From positions 3,394-67,393 of the forward strand of contig JAQVCK010000001.1 of assembly GCA_028689835.1 (NCBI GenBank): a DNA stretch of 64,000 bases, read 5' to 3'. Source of the DNA: Pygmaiobacter sp. (GTDB lineage: Bacteria > Bacillota > Clostridia > Oscillospirales > Ruminococcaceae). Shown here piece by piece: positions 33,951 to 42,677 of the stretch (positions are counted from its first letter, which is position 1; every line of letters starts with the position of its first letter). Made by a program: the position numbers and the translations under genes. Under the pieces are notes generated by a model. That model searched no databases. It saw only the letters and a program-made list of their open reading frames with translations, and was not told the DNA's origin.

Positions 33951-34769
33951 ATGTCAATCACCGCCGCAATTGCCTGCGCGCTGGTATACTGGATCATTCA
34001 GGTGCTTGATCCTTATACGCTGTCGTGGCAGTGCCTCAACCGCCCCATCGTTGTGGGCCCCATCATCGGCCTGGTTTTGGGCGACCTGCACACCGGTATT
34101 ACCATGGGTGCTTCGCTGGAAGCTATCTTTATGGGGATTTCCGCTGTGGGTGGCTCCATTCCGTCCGATACGTTGTCCGGCACCATCATCTCGGTCTCCT
34201 ACGCCATTTTGGTCGGTGGCCAGGGTGCCACCGAGACCGGCCTTGCCTTGGCGCTGTCAATCGGCACCGTTATGGCGTCGTTCAACAACATGCTGATGGC
34301 GGTCTGGTCTGCAATGGCTGCATTCTGGGAGAAAATCGCCGCCGAGTGCAAGCCCCGCAAATTTATGTTCCTCAACATTCTGTTCAACATCATTGCCGCC
34401 TTGCCGGGCGCCATCATCATCTTCTTTGGTGTGGCCTTTGGTATTGACGGGCTGAACGCGGCCCTGTCCGCGCTGCCCGCATGGGTGATGACCGGCCTTG
34501 CCGCAGCGGGCACCATGATGACCGCCGTCGGTTTTGGCATCCTGCTGTCGATGATCTGGTCGGCAGATATCGCCGTATTTTACTTTGTCGGTTTTATTCT
34601 GGCAAAAAGTCTGCAGCTCAGCAGCCTTGGCATCGCCGTAATCGGCGCCGCAATCGCGCTGACAATCTTCTTTATTGAAAAGAACATTGTTGACGCCAAA
34701 AAAGGCATGGTCAAAGCAGAGGCTGCCGCAGAGGTAAAACCAGCAAACAGTGAGGAGGATTTCTTCTGA
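33951..34769 (+). CDS. PTS mannose/fructose/sorbose family EIIC
   Basis: LNRPIVVGPIIGLVLGDLHTG...GASLE...VGGSIP, AVGFGILL; AGGAGG RBS. Confidence 0.93.
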   Translation: MSITAAIACALVYWIIQVLDPYTLSWQCLNRPIVVGPIIGLVLGDLHTGITMGASLEAIFMGISAVGGSIPSDTLSGTIISVSYAILVGGQGATETGLALALSIGTVMASFNNMLMAVWSAMAAFWEKIAAECKPRKFMFLNILFNIIAALPGAIIIFFGVAFGIDGLNAALSALPAWVMTGLAAAGTMMTAVGFGILLSMIWSADIAVFYFVGFILAKSLQLSSLGIAVIGAAIALTIFFIEKNIVDAKKGMVKAEAAAEVKPANSEEDFF

Positions 34770-35313
34770 TGGAAAAGAAAGTAATCAGCGCAGAGGAAAA
34801 TAAGGTCCTCAAACAAATGTTCTGGCGCAGCCACTTGGTATTTGCAAACTTTAACATGACCAAGATGGAGGCCAACGGTTTCACCATGACCATGTCGCCC
34901 GCGGTAGAAAGCATCTACAAGGACGACATGGAGGGCAAAAAGGCGGCTTATGCCCGCCATCAGGCTTTCTTCAACACCCACGCAGTTGCGTTCAACTTTA
35001 TTGCCGGCCTGTCTTACGCGCTGGAAAAAGACGCAAAAGACGGCAAGGTGCCGGGCGAGACCATTGATGCCATCAAGGCCTCTTTGATGGGCCCGACCGC
35101 CGGTATGTTTGACTCCATCTTCTTCAACTGCCTGCGTGTCATCGGCGCCGGTATCGCCATCGGCCTTGGCGCACAGGGCAATATTTTGGGCACTTTGATC
35201 TTCATTCTGCTGTACGGTGTTTCGCAGTCCGTGCTGAAATATATCCTGCTGAAACTTGGCTACACGCTGGGCACCAGCTTTATCGACACCGTGTTCAACA
35301 GCGGCTTCGCTGA
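34769..35313 (+). pseudogene. PTS mannose-family EIID, 3'-truncated (about 179 codons); reads through in frame into the next gene
   Basis: FWRS...FNMTKMEANGF, FFNTH, IKASLMGPTAGMFDSIFF; recognisable EIID sequence stops at FIDTVFNSG, followed by an out-of-frame TGA and a terminator hairpin. Confidence 0.8.
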
Positions 35314-35320
35314 TACAGGA

Positions 35321-35365
35321 AGGTCCGGTGGAGCTGCGGGCACGCAGCTTCGCCGGGCCTTTTTT
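35321..35365 (+). terminator. Intrinsic terminator embedded in the 541-aa fused ORF
   Basis: 18-bp stem AGGTCCGGTGGAGCTGCG-GGCA-CGCAGCTTCGCCGGGCCT followed by a T-tract. Confidence 0.8.
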
Positions 35366-35413
35366 CGTTGCAGCCTTGCTGCACCACCCACCACAGAAAG
35401 GACAGGGCTTTTT

Positions 35414-36394
35414 ATGACACTCCGGGATTTGATGATGCTGTACGGCGTCACGCTGGGCAAACGGCGCACAAAACGGGAAAAATATATGTTTGCAAAACAG
35501 GTAGGCGAGGCCTTTCCCCCACTGGGGTTCCCGGTGCAGGTGCAGCAGCTCAACGAGCGGGTTTTTCAGGTGGAAAACCTGACTGCGGGCGACCTTGCCA
35601 CCGCCGAGGTGGTGTTTGTCGCGCCGTTTGACACCCCCGCAAAGACCATTTACCCTGCCAAGTATTACCCGTTTCACCCCGAGCTGACGGTGCGCGAAAA
35701 CCGGCGTGACATTATAGTGCAGTTTTTGCTGTCACTGGTACTGCTGCTGGGCGCCACCCTTGCATTGCGGCTGGGGCTTGCCAGTGCCGCCGTTGCGCCG
35801 CGTGTCACTGCCTTTGTGGCAGCCGGCGCGCTGGCGCTGGGCGGGGTGTGGCGGCTGTTCAGCCACTCGAACCCCTATAACTTTAACCGCGCCTCTGCCA
35901 GCATTGCCGTGATGGCAAAACTGGCAGAAGAATTGCATGGCAACAACAAAGTGGCGTTTGCCTTTTGCGACCGCTCTGCCACCACCTACGAGGGGTATAA
36001 ACTGCTGGCGAAAAACCTTGCGGGCCCCGCTGCCGTCATTCTGCTGGATTGCATTGCAGAGGGCGAAAAGCTGGCGCTGGCGCACAGCAAATTTTCAGCC
36101 GCGCGGGCAGACCAGCTCATCGCCCTGCTGGGCGATACGCCGGTATTGCGGCGCAGCTATGAGGAAAAAGAGCTCGGGCGCAACGTGCTGTCCATCTTCC
36201 CCACCGGGCTGATGCTGACCAGCGGCAGCGTGCAGCAGGGCGAATTTGTGGTGCAGCACACCGGCACCAAGCACGACGTGGGGCTGAACTTACCAAGGCT
36301 CGAACAAATTAAACAGGCACTAGCCGCCTTTGCGCGCGCCAAAAAAGCGCCGCAGCAGGTGGCAGAAACAACACAGGAGCAACAGACAACATGA
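35414..36394 (+). CDS. M28-peptidase-like membrane protein with degenerate active site
   Basis: Own RBS (AGAAAGGA) and ATG; GKRRTKREK, APFDTP (cf. AHYDT), two central TM helices, NFNRASASI (cf. NDN-x-SGV), VILLDCIAEG. Confidence 0.65.
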   Translation: MTLRDLMMLYGVTLGKRRTKREKYMFAKQVGEAFPPLGFPVQVQQLNERVFQVENLTAGDLATAEVVFVAPFDTPAKTIYPAKYYPFHPELTVRENRRDIIVQFLLSLVLLLGATLALRLGLASAAVAPRVTAFVAAGALALGGVWRLFSHSNPYNFNRASASIAVMAKLAEELHGNNKVAFAFCDRSATTYEGYKLLAKNLAGPAAVILLDCIAEGEKLALAHSKFSAARADQLIALLGDTPVLRRSYEEKELGRNVLSIFPTGLMLTSGSVQQGEFVVQHTGTKHDVGLNLPRLEQIKQALAAFARAKKAPQQVAETTQEQQTT

Positions 36395-37584
36395 AAATCA
36401 AATCGAATCGTATTATGATGCAAGACGGTGAAAAGGCCGGTGTTTTGACGATTGAAAACGGCAAAATCACCGCATTTGACGAAAACGGTACCGCGCCGGA
36501 CGCCGAGGACTTTGGCAACCAGCGCATCATCCCCGGTATTTTTGACACCCACAACCACGGCACCTGCGGCTTTGGCATGCTGGGGGGCGAAGCGAGCCAC
36601 GAAGAGCGGGTCGCTTCAGTGAAGGGCTATTTAAAGGGCCTTGCCAGCCAGGGCACGGTTAATATCTTCCCCACCGTGATGGACGTGGAGGGTATTCGCG
36701 CCGTGACCGAGGTGGCAAAGCAGGGCAACCAGGACGGCGCCACCATTTTGGGCATCCACAGCGAGGGCCCGTGGCTGAACCGCACCGGCGAAAAGGGCAT
36801 CCGCACCGGCTGGCCCGATGTCAGCATGGACACTGCAAAGGCCATGGTGCAGGCGGGCGACGGCCTGCTGCGCCTTGTGGCGCTGGCGCCGGAGATCCCC
36901 GGCATCGAGCCGATTATCGAGTATTTCCTCTCGCAGGGCATCACGCTGGCCGCCGCACACAGCGACAACAACTACCAGCAGGCAACCGCGGCCTATGCAA
37001 AGGGCATCACCGTCTCCACCCACACCGGCAACGTGATGACCGACATGCACCACCGCGACGTGGGCGGCCTTGGCGCCGCACTGCTGAACGACAACGTGCA
37101 GTGCGAAGTCATCTGCGACGGCATGCACATCTGCAACGAGATGCTGCAAATTTATTTCCGCGTCAAAAACCCGTCGCAGTTTATGATGGTCAGCGACTGC
37201 ACGCCGCTGTCCGGCGCGCCGACCGGCGAGTACACCGGCTTTTTTGAAGGCATGACGATGATCGTCACCCCCGAGGGCTTTGTGCTCACCGACACCGGCC
37301 GCTTGATGGGCTCCAGCCAACCGGTGTTGTTCGACATCGGCAATCTGGTTGAAAAAGTGGGCCTGCCGCTGCAAACCTGCCTTGAAATGGCCTGCCTGAA
37401 CCCCTGCAAAAAGTACGGCTTTGCCAGCCGCAAGGGCTCGCTGGCCGTGGGTAAGGATGCCGACCTTGTGGTCATCAGCGACGACTACAAGGCGCAGGTC
37501 ACCTTTGCCGAGGGCCGCCGCGTGTATGACCGCGCCGCCGAGGGCACCATTTTTAACAAGGAGTTTTTAAAAGCAAATTCATGA
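36391..37584 (+). CDS. nagA: N-acetylglucosamine-6-phosphate deacetylase family
   Basis: PGIFDTHNHG, GIHSEGP, LAPE, AAHSD, THTGN, MHHR, ICDGMH, VSD, NPCK...KGSLAVGKDAD. Confidence 0.92.
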   Translation: MKIKSNRIMMQDGEKAGVLTIENGKITAFDENGTAPDAEDFGNQRIIPGIFDTHNHGTCGFGMLGGEASHEERVASVKGYLKGLASQGTVNIFPTVMDVEGIRAVTEVAKQGNQDGATILGIHSEGPWLNRTGEKGIRTGWPDVSMDTAKAMVQAGDGLLRLVALAPEIPGIEPIIEYFLSQGITLAAAHSDNNYQQATAAYAKGITVSTHTGNVMTDMHHRDVGGLGAALLNDNVQCEVICDGMHICNEMLQIYFRVKNPSQFMMVSDCTPLSGAPTGEYTGFFEGMTMIVTPEGFVLTDTGRLMGSSQPVLFDIGNLVEKVGLPLQTCLEMACLNPCKKYGFASRKGSLAVGKDADLVVISDDYKAQVTFAEGRRVYDRAAEGTIFNKEFLKANS

Positions 37585-38387
37585 GCAAGAAAAAACTGAT
37601 TGTTGTGGCCGATGATTTCGGCTTTAGTGAAGCGTACAATTACGGGGTACTTAAAGGCTACCGCGACGGCATTGTCACCACCCTGTCGCTGATGAGCAAC
37701 ATGGCGGCAGCCCCCCACGCGGTGGCATTGCGCAACCGTGAGTGCCCTACCGCCCCGCTGGCCCAGCACACAAACTTTGTGCAGTACCGCCCCGTCAGCG
37801 ACCCGGCAAGCATCCCCACGCTGGTGGATGGTGAGGGCAAATTTTACCGCAGCTACGACTGGCGCGGCGAAAACCCAAACGACCCGAAGTGCAAGGGCAC
37901 CGTCTACCCCAGCTATGCGGATTTTTACACCGAGACCATGGCGCAGCTAAACCGTCACAAACAGCTGACCGGCAGTTACCCCAACCATTTTGAGGGGCAC
38001 AGCGCGATGACCAGGCCCATGATGCAGGCCTTTTTGGACATCGGCGCAAAGCTGGGCATCCACAACATGGCGCAGCCACCCAAGGAGACCGACACGATGC
38101 GGGTCGCGTTTGAACTGTTTACCCAAAACCCCTCCGCCATGGAGATTTTAAACCGCGGCAGTCGGCCGGAGGATTGGTTGGAAGACCGGTTTGGCCTGCT
38201 GGACAGCCCGCACGAAATCAATGTGCTGCATTTCCACCCCGGTTATCTCGACGCCTACCTGCTGGACAACACCTCGCTGACCACCCCGCGCTGCCGCGAC
38301 CTTGCAACGCTGTGTGACCCGCGGGTGCGCGACTGGCTGGATGACCACGAAATTGAACTGGCTGATTTTAGTGCGGTTTACCGCTGA
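37581..38387 (+). CDS. ChbG/YdjC-family carbohydrate deacetylase
   Basis: LIVVADDFG, GIVTTLSLMSNM, HTNF...RPVS, HFHPGYLD. Confidence 0.88.
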   Translation: MSKKKLIVVADDFGFSEAYNYGVLKGYRDGIVTTLSLMSNMAAAPHAVALRNRECPTAPLAQHTNFVQYRPVSDPASIPTLVDGEGKFYRSYDWRGENPNDPKCKGTVYPSYADFYTETMAQLNRHKQLTGSYPNHFEGHSAMTRPMMQAFLDIGAKLGIHNMAQPPKETDTMRVAFELFTQNPSAMEILNRGSRPEDWLEDRFGLLDSPHEINVLHFHPGYLDAYLLDNTSLTTPRCRDLATLCDPRVRDWLDDHEIELADFSAVYR

Positions 38388-38412
38388 AACCGGCTGTAAA
38401 GGAGAGGACCGC

Positions 38413-38931
38413 ATGCTTTTTATCATTTTTGCCGTTGTGGTGGCCCTGTTGCTGGTGGTGCTGCAGGTTAAGCAGTACCGCGCATTTTTAAAGCAGATGA
38501 CACAGCACCAGCAGCAAACCGGCGAAACACCGCAGGCTACCGTGTTTGCGCCGTTGCGCCGGGTGTCCCTGCTGGTGCCGGTGGCCATCTGCGCAGTGGT
38601 GGCAGTGGTGATTGTGCTGCGCCCCACGCTGGTCAACGACCCGCAAGCCTACCTTGTGCTACTGCTTATTTTGGGCATTTTATTTTCAGGCGGCAGCATC
38701 ACCGGCAACATGACCCAGCGGCTGTATTACACCCCCACCGGCTTTTTTATCAAAGAGCGGTTTGTGGCGTATACCGAGCTCAAACGGCTGGTGCACGGGG
38801 GTGCGCGCAAGGCCGACAGCATCGAGCTGCGCGACGGCACCACTTACCGGCTGCCCCGCCGCCAGTTGCAGGCGCTGGAAGAATTGAAAGAGCAAAAAGT
38901 CTTTCGCCTTGCCGGCAAAAAAAAGAGCTGA
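38413..38931 (+). CDS. Hypothetical membrane protein (about 3 TM plus a soluble C-terminus)
   Basis: GGAGAGG RBS, hydrophobic segments, in-operon position, terminator downstream. Confidence 0.7.
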   Translation: MLFIIFAVVVALLLVVLQVKQYRAFLKQMTQHQQQTGETPQATVFAPLRRVSLLVPVAICAVVAVVIVLRPTLVNDPQAYLVLLLILGILFSGGSITGNMTQRLYYTPTGFFIKERFVAYTELKRLVHGGARKADSIELRDGTTYRLPRRQLQALEELKEQKVFRLAGKKKS

Positions 38932-38986
38932 CCACCCCCACCTTACGGTGTGGGTGTGAAAGCATACAGTACACTCCAAACAAGAC

Positions 38987-39028
38987 GCAGAAACAGCCCG
39001 CATGCCGCCGCATGCGGGCTGTTTCTGT
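38987..39028 (+). terminator. Terminator at the end of the PTS/nagA operon
   Basis: GCAGAAACAGCCCGCATGC-CGCC-GCATGCGGGCTGTTTCTGT. Confidence 0.75.
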
Positions 39029-39226
39029 ATCTGCGGGTAGGTAATGATTGACAAAAGGGGTACAATAAAGCCAGAGAGGCGTAACTGCATCGGGGCAAAA
39101 CGCCTTTGCGTAGAGGCTGCAAAAGCTGAAATTCTTTGCGGCAGGGCTGGTTTTTGCGTCCCCTTTGTATCCGGGGAAAACAAGATGGAATATCCGACAA
39201 CCAATTCACAGAAAGGAAACTAAATC

Positions 39227-39709
39227 ATGAAAAAACTGACAACAATCCTTCTTTGCATCTTGGCTGTGGGTGTTTTTACCGCCTGCAAAAGTACCGGTGC
39301 CACCTCAGGCAGCGAACAGCTGCCCAACCCCATTGTAAGCTATGATACGCTGGCCGAGGCCGCAAAGGTCACCGGGTTTGATTTGGCCGTGCCGGATGCG
39401 GTCGACGGGTATGACACCCGCACGGTACAGGTCGTGGGCGGCGAAATGATGCAGGTCACCTATGCGAAAGGCGAAGATCAACTGCTGATCCGCAAGGCGG
39501 CCGGTACAGACGATATCAGCGGCGACTATAACGAGTATGCCGAAACGAACACCGTGCCGGTTGGCAGTGTATCGGTTTTGATGAAGGGCGAAAACGGTAT
39601 GGTCAGTGTTGCCACCTGGACAGAGGATGGCAGCACCTATGCTGTGGAGGCGCAAGACATCCCGATGAGTACCGATGCAATGAGCGCGATTATCGAAAAA
39701 GTGCAGTAG
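39227..39709 (+). CDS. Lipoprotein of unknown function (DUF4367-like C-terminal domain)
   Basis: Lipobox FTAC, QLPNPIV, DISGDYNEY, VATW-x-EDGSTYAV. Confidence 0.7.
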   Translation: MKKLTTILLCILAVGVFTACKSTGATSGSEQLPNPIVSYDTLAEAAKVTGFDLAVPDAVDGYDTRTVQVVGGEMMQVTYAKGEDQLLIRKAAGTDDISGDYNEYAETNTVPVGSVSVLMKGENGMVSVATWTEDGSTYAVEAQDIPMSTDAMSAIIEKVQ

Positions 39710-39719
39710 TGAAAACGCA

Positions 39720-39758
39720 AAAACAGGCCCTGCGGCAGTTGCCCGCAGGGCCTGTTTT
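39720..39758 (+). terminator. Intrinsic terminator
   Basis: AAAACAGGCCCTGCGG...CCGCAGGGCCTGTTTT. Confidence 0.8.
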
Positions 39759-39940
39759 AAATTACAGAAATACGTGTATCCCAGCGTGTAGTTTGCCAGC
39801 CATAGCAATGACCGCCCGGCAGCCGTGCTTGTAAAGGCGGCTTACCCTGCCAGCGGGCCCCCGTTTTGTATGCAGCTTGTAAAACACAGCCGAAACAGCT
39901 GAAAAAGAATAATAAAATATCGAAAAACAATAAAAAACAC

Positions 39941-39969
39941 TTGAAATTCAATAAAAGCTATGGTATACT
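39941..39969 (+). promoter_or_regulatory. Promoter of the DUF2975-HTH-DUF4153 operon
   Basis: TTGAAA-N17-TATACT with extended TG. Confidence 0.7.
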
Positions 39970-39994
39970 CTGGGGCAGAAAGCGGGGTGATAGG

Positions 39995-40288
39995 ATGAAG
40001 AAAAAATGGTTTGCCTGTTTTGTGCTGTGCGTCGGCGCCATGGTGTTGTTTGCGGGCCGGTTGCCCTGCCATCAGGCAGAAGCTGTGGAAAACCACCAGT
40101 ATTATTTTTTAAAAGAGGGGGTCGCAGCCGTGGGCAGTGTGTTTGAGCGGATGGGCATCCACCATGGGCCTGCCTCCCTTGTATTGCAAAATGGCCGGCC
40201 GGTCGTGGTTTACCGCGGCCACAACGCCCCGCAACCGGGGCAGAAACAGGGGGAATGGAGCCTATGTGGAATCATAACCGGTCTTTGA
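39995..40288 (+). CDS. Small hypothetical exported protein
   Basis: Signal-peptide-like MKKKWFACFVLCVGAMVLF directly after the promoter; overlaps the next gene. Confidence 0.45.
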   Translation: MKKKWFACFVLCVGAMVLFAGRLPCHQAEAVENHQYYFLKEGVAAVGSVFERMGIHHGPASLVLQNGRPVVVYRGHNAPQPGQKQGEWSLCGIITGL

Positions 40289-40728
40289 TGTTGTCCCGCG
40301 TGGCGGTGGGCGTGTTCAGCATATTATTGGTGGCGCTGGTGTTTGGTGCGCTGCCGCTGACGCAGTTTTTGTTGCGCATCATTGATGCCCCCATTGCCCG
40401 TGGGCAGCGGGATTTGGCGGTGGGGTTGTTTCTCGCGACCGAATACACGTCGGTGCTGCCCGCCGGGCTGTTGTTGTTTGAACTGAATGGCCTTTTACAG
40501 CGCATTGGCAAGGGCGCGGTGTTTGAGCCGCGCAACGAAACCGCCCTGCGCCGCATCAGCTGGTGCTGTATTTTTGAAGCCGTGGTGTGCGTGGCAAGTG
40601 CGCTGTATTACCTGCCGTTTTTGCTGGTGGCGGTGGCCGCGGGCTTTATGGCACTCATCGTGCGGGTCATCAAAAACGTGTTTGCAGAAGCCATTGTGCT
40701 AAAAACCGAGCAGGAATTTACCATTTAA
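40264..40728 (+). CDS. DUF2975-family membrane protein
   Basis: 4 TM, LLQRIGKGAVF-x-PRNETALRRISW, VIKNVFAEAIVLKTEQEFTI. Confidence 0.88.
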   Translation: MWNHNRSLMLSRVAVGVFSILLVALVFGALPLTQFLLRIIDAPIARGQRDLAVGLFLATEYTSVLPAGLLLFELNGLLQRIGKGAVFEPRNETALRRISWCCIFEAVVCVASALYYLPFLLVAVAAGFMALIVRVIKNVFAEAIVLKTEQEFTI

Positions 40729-40740
40729 GGAGGCGGGTAC

Positions 40741-40977
40741 ATGCCAATCGTTGTCAACCTTGACGTCATGATGGCCCGCCGCAAAATTTCGGCGGGAGAC
40801 CTTGCCGAGCGGGTGGGGATCACCCCGGCCAATCTTTCTATTTTAAAAAACAACAAAGCGCGCGCCGTGCGGTTTTCCACGTTGGAAGCCCTGTGCCGCG
40901 AGCTGGGCTGCCAGCCCGGCGACTTATTTGAATATCAGCAGGGAGAAGAGGGCGAGAGCGCCCCCCTGCCAGAATAA
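40741..40977 (+). CDS. Cro/CI-type HTH regulator (YozG-like)
   Basis: MPIVVNLDVMMARRK...LAERVGITPANLSILKNNKARAVRFSTLEALC..LGCQPGDL. Confidence 0.92.
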   Translation: MPIVVNLDVMMARRKISAGDLAERVGITPANLSILKNNKARAVRFSTLEALCRELGCQPGDLFEYQQGEEGESAPLPE

Positions 40978-40995
40978 AAAAGTGTGGTGTAAAAA

Positions 40996-42561
40996 ATGAA
41001 TCAACTGTCACAAACGCCTTCGGCGCAAGCCGCAGGGCCAGTGCCGCCCGCGCCCCCAATACCGCCGCCCCCGCAAAAAAACCATTACGATGCCGCCGAT
41101 GCGCGGTTTGCCCTCTTGGCTTTTGTGCTGGGGTATGCATTTTTATGGCTGGTTGGCCTGGTAACGCTGGGCGCCGGGGTCACCTTGTTTGCACTGTGTT
41201 ATGCCGGGTGTGTGCTGGCCTATGCCGCGGCCTGCGGTGTAAAGCCCACCCGCGCATCGTGGGGTTGGCTTGCGTTTATGCTTGCCATGGCGGCCCTGTT
41301 TTTTGTGGGTATCCCCACCCTGCTTACCCTGCCCGCGCTGTTTTTTTTAGCGGCCATTGCCGTGTATTGGGCCATGGCGGTGTTTGGTGCCCGCACCGCA
41401 GGCAGGCTGGACGCAGGGGTACTGCGCGACGGCTGGCGCGGCTTTTTTGAGCTGCCGTTTGGCAACTTTGGTGCCCTGCCGGGTGCCTTGGGCGCAGCGG
41501 CTGCCCGCAGGGCGGCAACAGAACCGCAAAAAAAACACCGGCCCACCGCCGGGGTGTGGGCGGGCATTGCGCTGACGGTGGTGCTTTTGCCGGTGGTTGT
41601 AATGCTGCTGGCAGGCGCAGACGATGCGTTTGCCACCCTGCTGCAAACCCTGGCACTGCAGCTAAAATTTGATTTTAGCCCGCTGGTTACGCGGCTAATT
41701 TTTGCAGTGCCGGTGTCGTTTTATCTGTTTGGGCTGTTTTACGGGGCGCGGCATAAAAAAGGGGTGCCCGCACAGGGCGGCAAGGCGGCGGCAAAAAAGC
41801 TGTCGCTTGCAGCACTCGGCATCCCGGCGGGGGCACTGGTGGCGGTGTACCTCTTGTTCTTCGTCAACCAGCTGCCGTATTTTATCTCGGCATTTTGGGG
41901 CCGCCTGCCCGCCACGGGCGGCATGACCTATGCACAGTATGCGCGGCACGGTTTTTTTGAGCTGCTTTGGGTCGCAGTGATCAACCTTGCACTGTTGGGG
42001 TTTGGCAAGGCGTTTGTCGCCCGCGGCGGCGCAACCCGACGCATTACCGGGGTGTTGCTGTGCCTTGCCACCGCATTGATGGTGGCGATTGCCGGCTCAA
42101 AAATGGCGCTGTATATTTCGGCATACGGCACCACCCGCAAACGGGTGTGGGCAAGCTGGGCCATGGTGTTGGTTGCGGTGTGCATCGTGCTGTTTTTGCT
42201 GGATGAATTCAAACAGTTTTCGCTGATGCGGGTACTGGCGCTGTGCTTTTGCGGGTGGTTTTTTGTGCTGTGCGCCGTCAATACCGACGCGCTGATTTTG
42301 CAGGCAAACTACACCGCATGGCAGGCCGGCACGATTGAAAATGTCGGCTGGGCTGACGGAGAAGCCAGTATGAAAGCCACGGTATTGCGCCGCATTGCAA
42401 GCGACCCAAACACCCCGCAAGAGGTGCAAAAACAGGCCTTGTGGGAGTTGCAGGTCGCCGGCCAGCAGGCAGCATATCGACAGCAAAGCAACGATTTGCC
42501 GTTTACCGGCTTTACGCTGCGCGGTGCGGCCGCGCAAGCCGCGGCAGAAAGCGCGCAGTAA
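40996..42561 (+). CDS. DUF4153-family multi-TM membrane protein
   Basis: ADDAFATLL, YAQYARHGFFELLWVAVINL, SKMALYISAYGTTRKRV, NTDALI. Confidence 0.85.
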   Translation: MNQLSQTPSAQAAGPVPPAPPIPPPPQKNHYDAADARFALLAFVLGYAFLWLVGLVTLGAGVTLFALCYAGCVLAYAAACGVKPTRASWGWLAFMLAMAALFFVGIPTLLTLPALFFLAAIAVYWAMAVFGARTAGRLDAGVLRDGWRGFFELPFGNFGALPGALGAAAARRAATEPQKKHRPTAGVWAGIALTVVLLPVVVMLLAGADDAFATLLQTLALQLKFDFSPLVTRLIFAVPVSFYLFGLFYGARHKKGVPAQGGKAAAKKLSLAALGIPAGALVAVYLLFFVNQLPYFISAFWGRLPATGGMTYAQYARHGFFELLWVAVINLALLGFGKAFVARGGATRRITGVLLCLATALMVAIAGSKMALYISAYGTTRKRVWASWAMVLVAVCIVLFLLDEFKQFSLMRVLALCFCGWFFVLCAVNTDALILQANYTAWQAGTIENVGWADGEASMKATVLRRIASDPNTPQEVQKQALWELQVAGQQAAYRQQSNDLPFTGFTLRGAAAQAAAESAQ

Positions 42562-42580
42562 ATAAGCCTTGCCAACAGTT

Positions 42581-42631
42581 AAAAAAAGGTCCGGTGTCTG
42601 CGGTTTTGCCGCAGGCACCGGGCCAGTTTTT
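42581..42631. terminator. Bidirectional terminator between convergent genes
   Basis: A7-GGTCCGGTGTCTGCGG-TTTTG-CCGCAGGCACCGGGCC-AGTTTTT. Confidence 0.7.
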
Positions 42632-42677
42632 GTAATGCAAAACAAGTAGCCATAAGGCGGCGCGGGCAAAGCACGGC

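Noticed and set aside
34769-36394. Reading the 541-aa ORF as a genuine novel EIID-peptidase fusion
   Set aside because: The junction contains a terminator, an out-of-frame stop and a separate RBS/ATG; it is better explained as a deletion or misassembly.
39070-39200. c-di-GMP-I riboswitch-like words (GGCAAA, GGACGCAAA) in the lipoprotein leader
   Set aside because: The two words are on opposite strands and there is no GNRA-capped P2 or tetraloop receptor; not supported without a covariance search.
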